The translations under genes and the position numbers were made by a program. A DNA stretch of 64,000 nt from Deltaproteobacteria bacterium. GTDB taxonomy: Bacteria; Myxococcota_A; UBA9160; UBA4427. Shown here piece after piece: positions 19,751-28,898 of the stretch (within the stretch, counting starts at the first letter, position 1; each line of letters starts with the position of its first letter). Where the stretch lies: assembly GCA_029261835.1 (NCBI GenBank), contig JAJDAO010000072.1:74841-138840 (forward strand), given 5' to 3'. The notes beneath the pieces are model-generated. The model ran no database searches. It was given only the letters and a program-made list of their open reading frames with translations, and was not told where the DNA came from.

Positions 19751-19784
19751 ATGTAGGCCCTGGTAGCAAGGAGGCAGTCGGATC

Positions 19785-20945
19785 ATGGATTTTCAGCCCA
19801 GTGAAGAGCAGCTCGTTCTGCTCCGCAGCGTGCGCGATTTCGCCGACCGTGAAATGAGGCCGCTGGCTGCAACCTGGGACCATGAGGCGCGGGTTCCGGA
19901 CCAGAAGGTGATCGACCAGTTGGTCGAGATGGGCCTGGTCGGAATGTGCCTGCCCGAGCAATACGGTGGAGGGGGCCAAGAGCTGGTCTCCGCACTTCTG
20001 TGCATCGAGCAGCTCGCCCGGATTTCGCCACTCTGTGCAAGCTCGGTCTTCGAGAGCAATGTCGGCCCCGTCCGTGTAATCGAGCGCTTCGGAAACAAGG
20101 AGCAGAAGCGTAGATATCTGCCAGCCGTGTGCCGCGGCGAGCTGGAGATCAGCATCGGGATGACCGAGCCCGAGGCCGGCAGCGCGCTGACGGATCTGCG
20201 CACGCGCGCCTCGAAGGTGGACGGCGGATGGCGGATCGACGGCCGCAAGATCTTCTGCACCGGCGGAGGGCACAGCGAGGCATATATGGTCTATTGCCGC
20301 ATGAATGACGAGCTCGGAGCCAAGAGTATCGGGGCGGTGATAGTGGAGAAGGGAACACCGGGTTTCTCCTTCGGGAAGCAGGAAGAGTTCATGGGATTGC
20401 GCGGGTTCCCGAGCGCCGATCTCGTCTTCGACGGCTGCGTGGTTCCCGACGACAACCTGATCGTGCCTGCCGGCGGCTTTCGCTCGCTGATGCAGTGCTT
20501 CGACATCGAACGCTGCGGCAACGCCACGATGGCCCTCGGGATCTCTCTCGGCGCTCTGGAGACGGCGACCGCCTATGCGCTCGAGCGGGAGACCTTTGGC
20601 AAGCCGATCGCCGAACGTCAGGCGATTCAGATGATGCTTGCCGACATGGCGATCCGGGTGGACGCCGCGCGCCTGCTGATCCACCGCGCGGCGATCGGGG
20701 CCGAGAGCGGCTTCCCCTCGGTGAAGGAGACCTCCATGGCCAAGGTCTTCGCCAACGAGACCGCCAAGGCGGTGACCGATATGGCGATGGAGATCCTGGG
20801 CGCCTACGGGTACACCAAGGAGTATCCGGTGGAGCGAATGCTCCGGGACAGTCGCGGGTGGCCCTTGGCTGGAGGAACGCTCCAGATTCAGAAGATCATC
20901 ATCGCGTCCGCTGTGCTCGGGCGACGCTTCGACCAACGCAAGTGA
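19785..20945 (+). CDS. acyl-CoA dehydrogenase
   Basis: 386 aa. MDFQPSEEQLVLLRSVRDFADREM...; TEPEAGSALTDL; AAGGAGG SD upstream. Confidence 0.9.
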   Translation: MDFQPSEEQLVLLRSVRDFADREMRPLAATWDHEARVPDQKVIDQLVEMGLVGMCLPEQYGGGGQELVSALLCIEQLARISPLCASSVFESNVGPVRVIERFGNKEQKRRYLPAVCRGELEISIGMTEPEAGSALTDLRTRASKVDGGWRIDGRKIFCTGGGHSEAYMVYCRMNDELGAKSIGAVIVEKGTPGFSFGKQEEFMGLRGFPSADLVFDGCVVPDDNLIVPAGGFRSLMQCFDIERCGNATMALGISLGALETATAYALERETFGKPIAERQAIQMMLADMAIRVDAARLLIHRAAIGAESGFPSVKETSMAKVFANETAKAVTDMAMEILGAYGYTKEYPVERMLRDSRGWPLAGGTLQIQKIIIASAVLGRRFDQRK

Positions 20946-21007
20946 AGAGTCGGCGGCAAGCTCGCACGGTTGGCAGGCGCTCGACCACTGGGCGGGAGCT
21001 CGACCAC

Positions 21008-21568
21008 GTGCTCGCCGTGTCGCGACGCGGTGTGCTGCGCGCCGGCCTGCTTGGCTCGGTCGCTGTGTGGGGGGGCGGACTGCTGGCATGCGGCTCCGAC
21101 CGGGGCGTGGCGTCCGCCGCGAGTGGGAACCGCGTCGCGATCTCCTCAGCAGGCGAAGAGATCCTGCGCTCGGTGACGCCGGTGGTGCTCGGGGGAATGA
21201 TTCCCGCGACTGGAGACGCCCGCGAGCGCATAATCGATGATGGAATCGCGAGTCTCGACGACTACGTCGCTCACCTTTCCCCATGGCTGCAACGGGAAGT
21301 CAGAGACGTCTTCGGGATGCTCGACCTATGGCCGGTCCGTCTGCTGCTGACCGGAGACAGCCGGCCTTGGCGCGAGAAGCCGCTGCAGAGCGTCGATTCT
21401 TTTCTGCGCTCGGCCCGGGAGAGCCGCCTGCTGCTACTGCGACGAGTCTACTCCTTCCTGCAATCCATGGTCGTGTTGAGCTTCTTCGATCAGCCCAGCG
21501 CTTGGCAGGCAGTCGGCTATCCCGGCCCGCTGGCGGCGCCACCCACAGTACTGCAGGAGACGCGGTGA
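21008..21568 (+). CDS. Tat-signal small subunit (gluconate 2-dehydrogenase subunit-3-like) of the GMC oxidoreductase
   Basis: Twin-arginine motif SRRGVLRAGLLGS. Start uncertain (GTG 21008 after GGGAG, or GTG 20942 overlapping the ACAD stop). Stop overlaps the GMC start (GTGA). Confidence 0.55.
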   Translation: MLAVSRRGVLRAGLLGSVAVWGGGLLACGSDRGVASAASGNRVAISSAGEEILRSVTPVVLGGMIPATGDARERIIDDGIASLDDYVAHLSPWLQREVRDVFGMLDLWPVRLLLTGDSRPWREKPLQSVDSFLRSARESRLLLLRRVYSFLQSMVVLSFFDQPSAWQAVGYPGPLAAPPTVLQETR

Positions 21569-23187
21569 CGACCCGACGCATCATCGTAGGGTGCGATCTC
21601 GAACGCGATCTCGTGCTCGAAGGCGATGTGGCCATCGTCGGGTCCGGTGCTGGGGGCGGCGTCACGGCTGAGATCTTGGCCCGCGCCGGCTTGCGCGTCA
21701 TCATCCTCGAAGAGGGAAGCGACTCGAAGCCCGCGGAGTTCGGCCTGCGCGAGGCACCCTCCTTCGCCCGGCTCTACTTCGACGGGGGGCTGCGCCCCAC
21801 CGAAGACGGCGCCATTGGAGTCGTGCAGGGGCGCACGGTGGGGGGCTCGACCACGGTCAACTGGACGAGCTGCTTCCGCACACCGGAGCCGACCCTGCGC
21901 CATTGGAGTGAGACGCTCGGGCTGGCGGACTATCGACCTGCCGAGCTCGAGCCGTGGTTCGAGCGGATGGAGCGGCGGCTGCACATCCAGCCTTGGGAGA
22001 CGCCGAACCGCAACAACGAGGTCCTGGCGCGGGGAGCGGAGAAGTTGGGATGGCGCCATGGTGCGATCGCGCGCAACGTCCTCAACTGCCTGAATCTGGG
22101 CCTCTGCGGTCTCGGCTGCCCAGCGATTGCCAAGCAGAGCATGCAGGTGACGACGATACCCGCGGCGCTGGATGCAGGCGCAGTGTTGGTAACGCGCGTG
22201 CGCGCCGAGAAACTCGAGCTGAGCGGCGATCGCGTTCTCGGTGTCCAAGCACTCGCCCTGGACGAACGCGGCGTTCATCCGAGTGGGCATTCGCTGCGTG
22301 TCCGGGCGAAGTGGATCGTCGTGTCCGGCGGTGCCATCAACAGCCCCGCCCTGCTGATGCGCTCTCGGGCTCCCGATCCCCATGAACGACTCGGCAAACG
22401 CACTTTTCTGCAGATGCACAACTACAGTCTGGCCAGCATGCCGGAGCGGCTGGACCCCTTCTACGGCGCTCCACAATCGGTGTACTGCGACGAGTTCACA
22501 TGGCGCGACGGCGTGACGGGAAGCGCCGGCTTCAACCTCGAGGCCGTGGGGGCGCAACCGCTGGTGATGATGAACTTCTGGAAGGGGATGGGCCCAGCGC
22601 TCGAAGAGCTGGCCCGTGGCCTCTCGAACTTGCACACCATGGTCGCTCAGATCCGCGACGGCTTTCATCCTCAAAGCCCCGGCGGAGAGGTGCGCCTGCG
22701 CGACGACGGCAGCGCCGTGCTCGACTACCCGATCAACGACTACATCTGGCATGGCGTGCGCAGCTCGTACCTCGTGATGGCGGAGTGCCAGTTTGCTGCC
22801 GGCGCAGTGAACGTCCGGCCGGCGAGCAGTGACGCAAAGCCGTACAGCAGCTGGCCGGAGGCGCGAGCGGCAATCGAGTCTCTCCCCCTGCGCTCGCCCA
22901 ATGTCTTCCTGAACTCAACGCATCCCATAGGCGGCTGCGCGATGGGGAACGACCCTCGCCATTCGGTAGTCGACGGCGACGGTCGGCACCATCAGATCGA
23001 GAACCTGATGGTGCTCGACAGCTCCGTCTTTCCGACCGGCCTCGGCGTGAACCCGAGCCTCTCCGTCTACGCCCTGGTCGCCCGCAACGCGACGAAGCTC
23101 TTGGGCCGCATCAATGGCGAAACAAGCGAAGCTCCACTGAACTCGAAACCCGACAACTGGCAGGAAGCGACTGGAATCGATGGGTGA
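21565..23187 (+). CDS. GMC-family FAD oxidoreductase
   Basis: ORF 21283..23187 trimmed to GTG 21565 (AGGAGA upstream). DVAIVGSGAGGGVTAEILARAGLRVIILEEG; C-terminal HPIGGCAMG...VLDSSVFPTGLGVNP. Confidence 0.85.
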   Translation: MTTRRIIVGCDLERDLVLEGDVAIVGSGAGGGVTAEILARAGLRVIILEEGSDSKPAEFGLREAPSFARLYFDGGLRPTEDGAIGVVQGRTVGGSTTVNWTSCFRTPEPTLRHWSETLGLADYRPAELEPWFERMERRLHIQPWETPNRNNEVLARGAEKLGWRHGAIARNVLNCLNLGLCGLGCPAIAKQSMQVTTIPAALDAGAVLVTRVRAEKLELSGDRVLGVQALALDERGVHPSGHSLRVRAKWIVVSGGAINSPALLMRSRAPDPHERLGKRTFLQMHNYSLASMPERLDPFYGAPQSVYCDEFTWRDGVTGSAGFNLEAVGAQPLVMMNFWKGMGPALEELARGLSNLHTMVAQIRDGFHPQSPGGEVRLRDDGSAVLDYPINDYIWHGVRSSYLVMAECQFAAGAVNVRPASSDAKPYSSWPEARAAIESLPLRSPNVFLNSTHPIGGCAMGNDPRHSVVDGDGRHHQIENLMVLDSSVFPTGLGVNPSLSVYALVARNATKLLGRINGETSEAPLNSKPDNWQEATGIDG

Positions 23188-24952
23188 CAACAAGACCGAA
23201 ACCAATGGCGCCCTGAGTCACTCACGTGATGGTGACGGTGGCGCCCGCAGCCGAGCGGCTTACGACGAAGCCGTCGCGACCCTCACCGCGCCCGGCGCCC
23301 CCTTCGAGCTGAGGAGCGAAGATGTCGGGGGGTACGCAGTGCGAAACTTCGCCACGCGTCCGCGATCACTGCGAGAGCTGGTGGCGGCAGCGGGCGGACG
23401 AGGTGAGCGAGAGTTTCTCGTTCAGGGAGAGCGTCGCATCGGATACGGCGAGTTTGCCCGTCTGGTCTGGGGGGCAGCGGCGCGCCTCAAGCAGCGCGGG
23501 CTCGAGCGCGGCGATCGGATCTCCATCCTCGCCTACAACAGCCTCGACTACGTGGTCAGCGTCTTCGCCACTGCCTGTGTCGGCGGCATCACGGTCGCGC
23601 TCAACGGCTGGTGGGTCGAGGAGGAACTCGACTACGCACTGCGGGACTCCGGCAGTCGGTTCTTGATTGTCGACGAACGCCTCTTTCAGCGCGTGCGTAG
23701 TCTCATCGGTCGGGTCGACAGCTTGGAGGAAATCTTCTTCGCGGGTGCCAGCGCTCCCCCGCCTGGAACCGTCGCCCTTTCCGAGCTGATCCAGCCAGGC
23801 CACGAGCCACCAACGGACGAGATCGACGAGGATGATCCCTTCGTCATCCTCTACACCTCGGGTACCACGGGCCGGCCGAAGGGCTGCATCACGACCCACC
23901 GCGGAACCATCACGCAGGTGATGGGCATCCTGCTACAGGGAATGGTCTCGGCTGCACTCGGAGAGCCGAGCCCACTGCCCGCCGATGGATCCCAGCCCAC
24001 ATCGCTCATGACCGCGCCACTCTTTCACGTCGCGGGCATTCATACCGGTCTTTGTACGGCGATGGCGGCTGGCGCGAAGGTCGTGCTCAGTGAGGGCCGG
24101 TTCGATCCCGATCAGGTGCTCGCTCTGATAGAGCGAGAGCGCGTCAGCACGTGGAGCGCCATCCCCACCATGCTGCACCGCGTGGTTCACTCTCCGGTGG
24201 TTGACAAGTATGACCTCTCGAGTCTGGTGCGCATTTCGTTCGGCGGTGCCCCGACGGCTCCCGAAACGATGGCGCGAGCCCGCGAGGTTCTGCCAGTGAA
24301 ACCCGCACTCACGAATGGGTACGGGCTGACGGAGACACACGGCATCGTGATGCTCTCCGGCGGCAGCGACCTCGAGGAGAATCCGACATCGGCCGGCCGC
24401 CCCTCCGCCTTCTTCGATATCCGACTGGTCGACTCATCCGGTCGCGAAGTCGCGCAGGGTGAGCTCGGCGAAATCCTGCTGCGGGGTCCCACCGTAACAC
24501 CCGGCTACTGGAATCAGCCCGAAGCGACGGCTGAGGCAATTCGCGATGGCTGGTTCCACACCGGAGACATCGCCTACCGGGCGCCCGACGGCCTCTACCA
24601 CCTGGTGGACCGGGCCAAGGACATGATCATCCGCGGCGGAGAGAACGTGTACTGCATCGAGATCGAGAACTGTCTGGCAGAACACCCCGAGGTGGACGAG
24701 GTGGCGGTGATTGGCGTTCCCGACACCGAATTGGGTGAGCGAGTCAAAGCAATCGTGCGGTGTATGCCGGGGGCCCAGCCCCAAGAAGCCGATCTGCGTG
24801 CCCATGTCGCGGCACGCCTGGCCGCCTACAAGGTTCCGGAGCTGGTCGAGTTCACCGATACACCACTGGCCCGCAACGCATCGGGAAAGATCCTGAAGAA
24901 CGAGCTGCGGGGTGAGGGGTCGAACTCCTTCGATGCGGAGCTGATCGGCTGA
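23180..24952 (+). CDS. AMP-dependent acyl-CoA synthetase/ligase
   Basis: 590 aa. ILYTSGTTGRPKGC AMP-binding motif; TGDIAYR; overlaps the GMC stop by 8 nt. Confidence 0.9.
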   Translation: MGDNKTETNGALSHSRDGDGGARSRAAYDEAVATLTAPGAPFELRSEDVGGYAVRNFATRPRSLRELVAAAGGRGEREFLVQGERRIGYGEFARLVWGAAARLKQRGLERGDRISILAYNSLDYVVSVFATACVGGITVALNGWWVEEELDYALRDSGSRFLIVDERLFQRVRSLIGRVDSLEEIFFAGASAPPPGTVALSELIQPGHEPPTDEIDEDDPFVILYTSGTTGRPKGCITTHRGTITQVMGILLQGMVSAALGEPSPLPADGSQPTSLMTAPLFHVAGIHTGLCTAMAAGAKVVLSEGRFDPDQVLALIERERVSTWSAIPTMLHRVVHSPVVDKYDLSSLVRISFGGAPTAPETMARAREVLPVKPALTNGYGLTETHGIVMLSGGSDLEENPTSAGRPSAFFDIRLVDSSGREVAQGELGEILLRGPTVTPGYWNQPEATAEAIRDGWFHTGDIAYRAPDGLYHLVDRAKDMIIRGGENVYCIEIENCLAEHPEVDEVAVIGVPDTELGERVKAIVRCMPGAQPQEADLRAHVAARLAAYKVPELVEFTDTPLARNASGKILKNELRGEGSNSFDAELIG

Positions 24953-24987
24953 ACCTCGCGCGAGAACGGGCGTCTAGGCGGGTAGCA

Positions 24988-26082
24988 TCAGCACCCGGCG
25001 AGCGCGCGAACATCGCCGAGCAGCGCGCTGATGTCCTGGTCCGACGTGTCCCAGGAGCACATGAAGCGGGCGCCGCCAGCCCCGATGAACGTGTAGAAGA
25101 CCCAGCCACGTTCACGCAGTCCATCGAGAACGGGGCTCGGGAGCTTGGCGAAGACGGAGTTCGCCTGGGCGGGAGCCAGGATCTCCACCCCGGGCACGTC
25201 GCGCAGGCCCGACTCGAGCCGCTGCGCACAGGCGTTGGCGTGCTTCGCGTGTTGGAGCCAACCGCCGTTCTCGAGTAGAGCGACCCACGGTGCCGCAATG
25301 AAACGCATCTTCGAGGCGAGCTGCCCGGCCTGCTTACAGCGGTACGCAAAGTCCTGAGCCAGCTCGCGGTCGAAGAAGACGACCGCGTCGCCCACCGCCA
25401 TGCCATTCTTCGTACCGCCGAAGCACAGTACATCCACGCCCACCTTCCAGGTCAGCTCCTTGGGTGCGACGTCGAGAGTCGCGACGGCGTTGGCGAAGCG
25501 TGCACCGTCCATGTGCAGTCGCAGTCCGAGCTGGCGCGCCGTCTCGGCAACGGCGTCCAACTCGCTCTTGTCGTAGACGGTTCCCAACTCGGTGGCCTGG
25601 GTGATGCTCAATACGCGCGGCTTCGGGTAGTGGATGTCCGTTCGACGCAATACGGTGTTTCTCACGTCGGCGAGATCGACCTTGCCCCGCTCGCCAGCCG
25701 CGAGCAAGACCTTGGTGCCGTTCGAGAAGAACTCCGGCCCGCCACACTCGTCGGTCTCGAGATGCGCGGTCTGGTGGCAGATGATGCTGTGGTAGGACTC
25801 GCACAGAGCCGCCAGGCTGAGCGAGTTGGCGGCCGTGCCGTTGAATACGAAGAAGACCTCACAGTCGATCTCGAAGACCTCGCGCAGCAGCTCGCAGGCT
25901 CGCTGGGTCCAAGCGTCCTCGCCGTAGGCGGGAGCGAAGCCGCTCTTGGCCCTCTCGAGCGCGGCCCATGACTCCGGGCAGATTCCGGCTGCGTTATCGC
26001 TGGCAAACTGCAGCCGCTGGCGCTCCAGCGAGACCGCGGCGCCGGTCGTGGGGTCGCCCTGCTCACCCGCCTGGGCCGTCAT
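24988..26082 (-). CDS. ltaE: low-specificity L-threonine aldolase (PLP enzyme)
   Basis: ORF 24988..27105 trimmed to ATG 26082. FASDNAAGICPE, FNGTAANSL, CFGGTKNG (PLP lysine). Confidence 0.8.
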   Translation of the reverse strand: MTAQAGEQGDPTTGAAVSLERQRLQFASDNAAGICPESWAALERAKSGFAPAYGEDAWTQRACELLREVFEIDCEVFFVFNGTAANSLSLAALCESYHSIICHQTAHLETDECGGPEFFSNGTKVLLAAGERGKVDLADVRNTVLRRTDIHYPKPRVLSITQATELGTVYDKSELDAVAETARQLGLRLHMDGARFANAVATLDVAPKELTWKVGVDVLCFGGTKNGMAVGDAVVFFDRELAQDFAYRCKQAGQLASKMRFIAAPWVALLENGGWLQHAKHANACAQRLESGLRDVPGVEILAPAQANSVFAKLPSPVLDGLRERGWVFYTFIGAGGARFMCSWDTSDQDISALLGDVRALAGC

Positions 26083-26214
26083 GCAAGTCAGAGTACCGCA
26101 AACGACGAGGGTCTGCGGATCAGATGCAAAGGGCGGTCTTGTGTCTGGCGTGGGCCTCGAATAGTCTGAAGCGAGTGTCGCAATCGGCGTGGGAGCGAAG
26201 CCAGGAGAATAGAC

Positions 26215-27294
26215 GTGCCGCACATCCGCACCGTCCCGCCGAGTCGAGCCGATGCAGAAACAGCATCGACCTACCGCTACATGAAGGAGGTCGGGGGCTC
26301 CTCGCAGGCGGCGAACATCGTGCAACTCTTCAGCCTCCGCCCGGCGTCCATGCGACGGATGATCCGGAGCTGGGAGCTCGCACTCTGGTGCGGCCATGAG
26401 CCGCGATCGAACCGCGAGCTGATCGCGGCAGCCGTCTCTCGCTATGCAGATTGTCACTACTGAACGGATGGCCACGAGGCCTTCCTGCAGGCTGCAGGAG
26501 GAGACGCGAGCCGGGTTGCGCGCCTGATCGATGGCACGACGACCGACGCGACACCTCTCGAGCGAGCGCTGGTGGCACTCGCGAAGAAGGCCCACGAGCA
26601 GCCTCGCCACCTCACGCCGGCGGATCTCGATCCCCTGCGAGCGATCGTTGGAGCGGGCGCGCTCGACTACGCGTTCGTGCTCGGGTCGTTCCACTTCATC
26701 AACCGGATGGCCGATTTGCTCGACGTGAGCTCCGAGGCCCTCCCCGCACCCCTGCGGCGCCTCGAACTGGTCCGGAGGCTGGCAACCCGGCTGCAGGGCA
26801 TCCTGCTGCGCAAGATGATGAACCTCGAGAATCGCGCCTACGGCAGAAGCTACGAAGAGGTCGTCGCGGCCATCGCGCCGGCCTATCGAGAGGCGTTGGG
26901 GTGCGAGCCGGGGGAGGCGTTTGCGCGCCTGCGCGAGCGACCGCAGATCATCGAAGCGCTGCAGCTCATGCTGGAAGAGCGCTTGGAGAGAAGCAGCCTC
27001 CAGCACACCGTGATGGTGGACCTTCACCGCATCGTCGAAGAGGCACTGCCGAATAGGCCCGAGGACCTGGAGGGCTTCCACGAGCGCCCCGCCGATCCCG
27101 TTCACGCGCTTGCATTCGTCGGTACGCGCTATGCCAGCCGGACGACAAAGCAGATGATCGATGCCCTGCGTCTCGCGGGCTATGACGACCTCGGCATCCT
27201 CGACCTGGCCATTGCAATCGCGGACGCCAACAATTGGGCGCGGCTGCGCCGCCTTACAGGCCTTTCAGCGGGCATCGGTTGCGTCGCCGTGTGA
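26215..27294 (+). CDS. AhpD/carboxymuconolactone-decarboxylase-like selenoprotein; in-frame TGA at 26461-26463 read as Sec
   Basis: Track ORFs 26215..26463 and 26572..27294 are in the same frame (357 nt apart) with no other stop between. Read-through gives ELIAAAVSRYADCHY-U-TDGHEAF, which is E-x11-C-x2-U-x3-H, the AhpD core motif E-x11-CxxC-x3-H with Sec at the second Cys. AGGAG lies 7 nt before GTG 26215. Confidence 0.75.
26481..26501 (+). promoter_or_regulatory. candidate bacterial SECIS hairpin for the AhpD-like gene
   Basis: CUUCCUGC-AGGCU-GCAGGAGG, an 8-bp stem (one G.U pair) with a G-containing 5-nt loop, starting 17 nt after the UGA. Confidence 0.5.
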
Positions 27295-27446
27295 GGTACG
27301 CGAATGACCGCGGCGCGGATCACGGCGCGGAGCTGGCCGTCGGTATCCAGTCGGGCGGGTGCCGGTTCAAGCTCGGCTGTCGGTAGCTTCTGAAACCGAA
27401 ACACATCATCGGACTCGAAGTCTCCCGCTGAGCGCGATGAGGGACC

Positions 27447-28304
27447 TCACGCGACGACGGCCCCGAGGTCGGCCGGCATGAAGGCGTCGCCGATCACTGG
27501 TCCCCCATCGAGCGGCCGCACGGAACGGCCAATGGCGTGCAGAAACGAACGGCTGTCGACCACTTGAGCGGTGTGGGAGCCAGTCACCAGGGCCAAGGCC
27601 GCCTCGACCATGACCTCGATGGGCTCGGCCATATCGGGGTTCTGCTTGGCGATATGCCCGACGAAGCGCGAGGCCTCCTGCGTGAGGACGATCGAGACGG
27701 GTGCAAGTGAGTTGACGCGAATGCCGTCGTCCCACAGCTCATGAGCCAGGCCCTCGCTATAGCGCTCCAAGATCAGCTTCGTCGCGCCATAGGGCGCGAT
27801 CACGTGTGCGGCCTCGGGCGTGTCGCGGTAGGGCACGGCCGGCTGGCGTGCGGCGCTGCTTCCGATGTTGAGGATCCAGCCGCACCCGCGCTCCCGCATG
27901 CCCGGCAACGCCTGCTGCATGAGATCGACCGGTGCATTGAAGTTCACCTCCAGCATGGCGCGGCGGTCCTTCAGGCTGCATGCGCTCGCGGGAGCCCAGA
28001 TCCCCATGGCTGCGTTGTTGACCAGGATGTCGAGCGGGCCGAGGGCCGCTTCGGCCCGACTGATCAGATTCTCGCGCGCTTCCTCGAAGCGCAGGTCGAC
28101 GGCCAGAGCTTCGGCGCGGCCCCCCGCAAGTGCGATCTCCGCCACCGTCTGTTCGAGACTTCCCTCGAGACCCTCGCGCTCGCCCAAACGCGAAGCCACG
28201 ACCGCAACCGCTGCACCCTCGGCCGCGAGGCGGCGCGCGATCGCCTTGCCGATCCCCCGGCTGGCGCCCGTCACCAGCGCCACCCTGTCCCTCAGCTCGG
28301 ACAT
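27447..28304 (-). CDS. SDR-family oxidoreductase
   Basis: ORF 27447..28319 trimmed to ATG 28304 (GAGGAGGG SD). VALVTGASRGIGKAIARRLAAEGAAV; NNAA; YGATK. Confidence 0.9.
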   Translation of the reverse strand: MSELRDRVALVTGASRGIGKAIARRLAAEGAAVAVVASRLGEREGLEGSLEQTVAEIALAGGRAEALAVDLRFEEARENLISRAEAALGPLDILVNNAAMGIWAPASACSLKDRRAMLEVNFNAPVDLMQQALPGMRERGCGWILNIGSSAARQPAVPYRDTPEAAHVIAPYGATKLILERYSEGLAHELWDDGIRVNSLAPVSIVLTQEASRFVGHIAKQNPDMAEPIEVMVEAALALVTGSHTAQVVDSRSFLHAIGRSVRPLDGGPVIGDAFMPADLGAVVA

Positions 28305-28351
28305 TTCAGCCCTCCTCACTCGACTCGACTCGACAGGAAGAGGTATACATT

Positions 28352-28368
28352 CATTTGCTTGACAAATG
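28352..28368. promoter_or_regulatory. inverted repeat CATTTG-N5-CAAATG in an AT-rich divergent region (candidate MarR operator)
   Basis: Read directly; contains TTGACA (28359-28364). Sits between the SDR start (28304) and the MarR start. Confidence 0.3.
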
Positions 28369-28392
28369 CAAATATTTCCTCAGCATGGCAGC

Positions 28393-28857
28393 ATGGCAAT
28401 CGGAAAGGATCTGGAGCGGGTGCAGGCGGCGATGGAGCAGCTCAACCGCATCGGTCGCAGTCGACGCTCCGACGCTCTCCGCAGTGCCCGGGCCGGCGTC
28501 CATCTGCCGCGCGCTGCGCAAGGCGTGCTGCGCCAGGTCGTCGAGCACGGCCCCGGGCGCATCTCGGATCTGGCTCGCGCCACGGGTTCGGGCGACGCCG
28601 CCGTGAGTCGTCTGGTGACCCAGCTCGCCGAGCAGGGCTTGCTGAGGCGCTCTGCCAGTCGCGAAGACGGGCGCGTCGCAGAGGTTCACGCAACCGCAGC
28701 AGGCCGGCGCGCGTCGAAGAGACTGCGAAAGGCCGCGGACGAAATCTTCCTCGAACACTTGGCGGGCTGGTCTGAGCGGGATCTCGCGAAGCTTGGAGAC
28801 CTGATGGAGCGACTCGCACGAGATCTACGAGGTGCACCGGCCTCAGGTTCACGGTGA
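28393..28857 (+). CDS. MarR-family transcriptional regulator
   Basis: GPGRISDLARATGSGDAAVSRLVTQLAEQGLLRRSASREDGRVAEVHATAAG. Start is ATG 28393 or 28366. Confidence 0.85.
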   Translation: MAIGKDLERVQAAMEQLNRIGRSRRSDALRSARAGVHLPRAAQGVLRQVVEHGPGRISDLARATGSGDAAVSRLVTQLAEQGLLRRSASREDGRVAEVHATAAGRRASKRLRKAADEIFLEHLAGWSERDLAKLGDLMERLARDLRGAPASGSR

Positions 28858-28898
28858 ACGTGAGGCCTTCCGTAACTCGTGATGGGAGATTCGGAAGA

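Noticed and set aside
26083-27105. N-terminal 341 residues of the 705-aa minus-strand ORF 24988..27105
   Set aside because: Only the last 364 aa (from ATG 26082) look like threonine aldolase. The extension is low-complexity and lies antisense to the well-supported AhpD-like gene.
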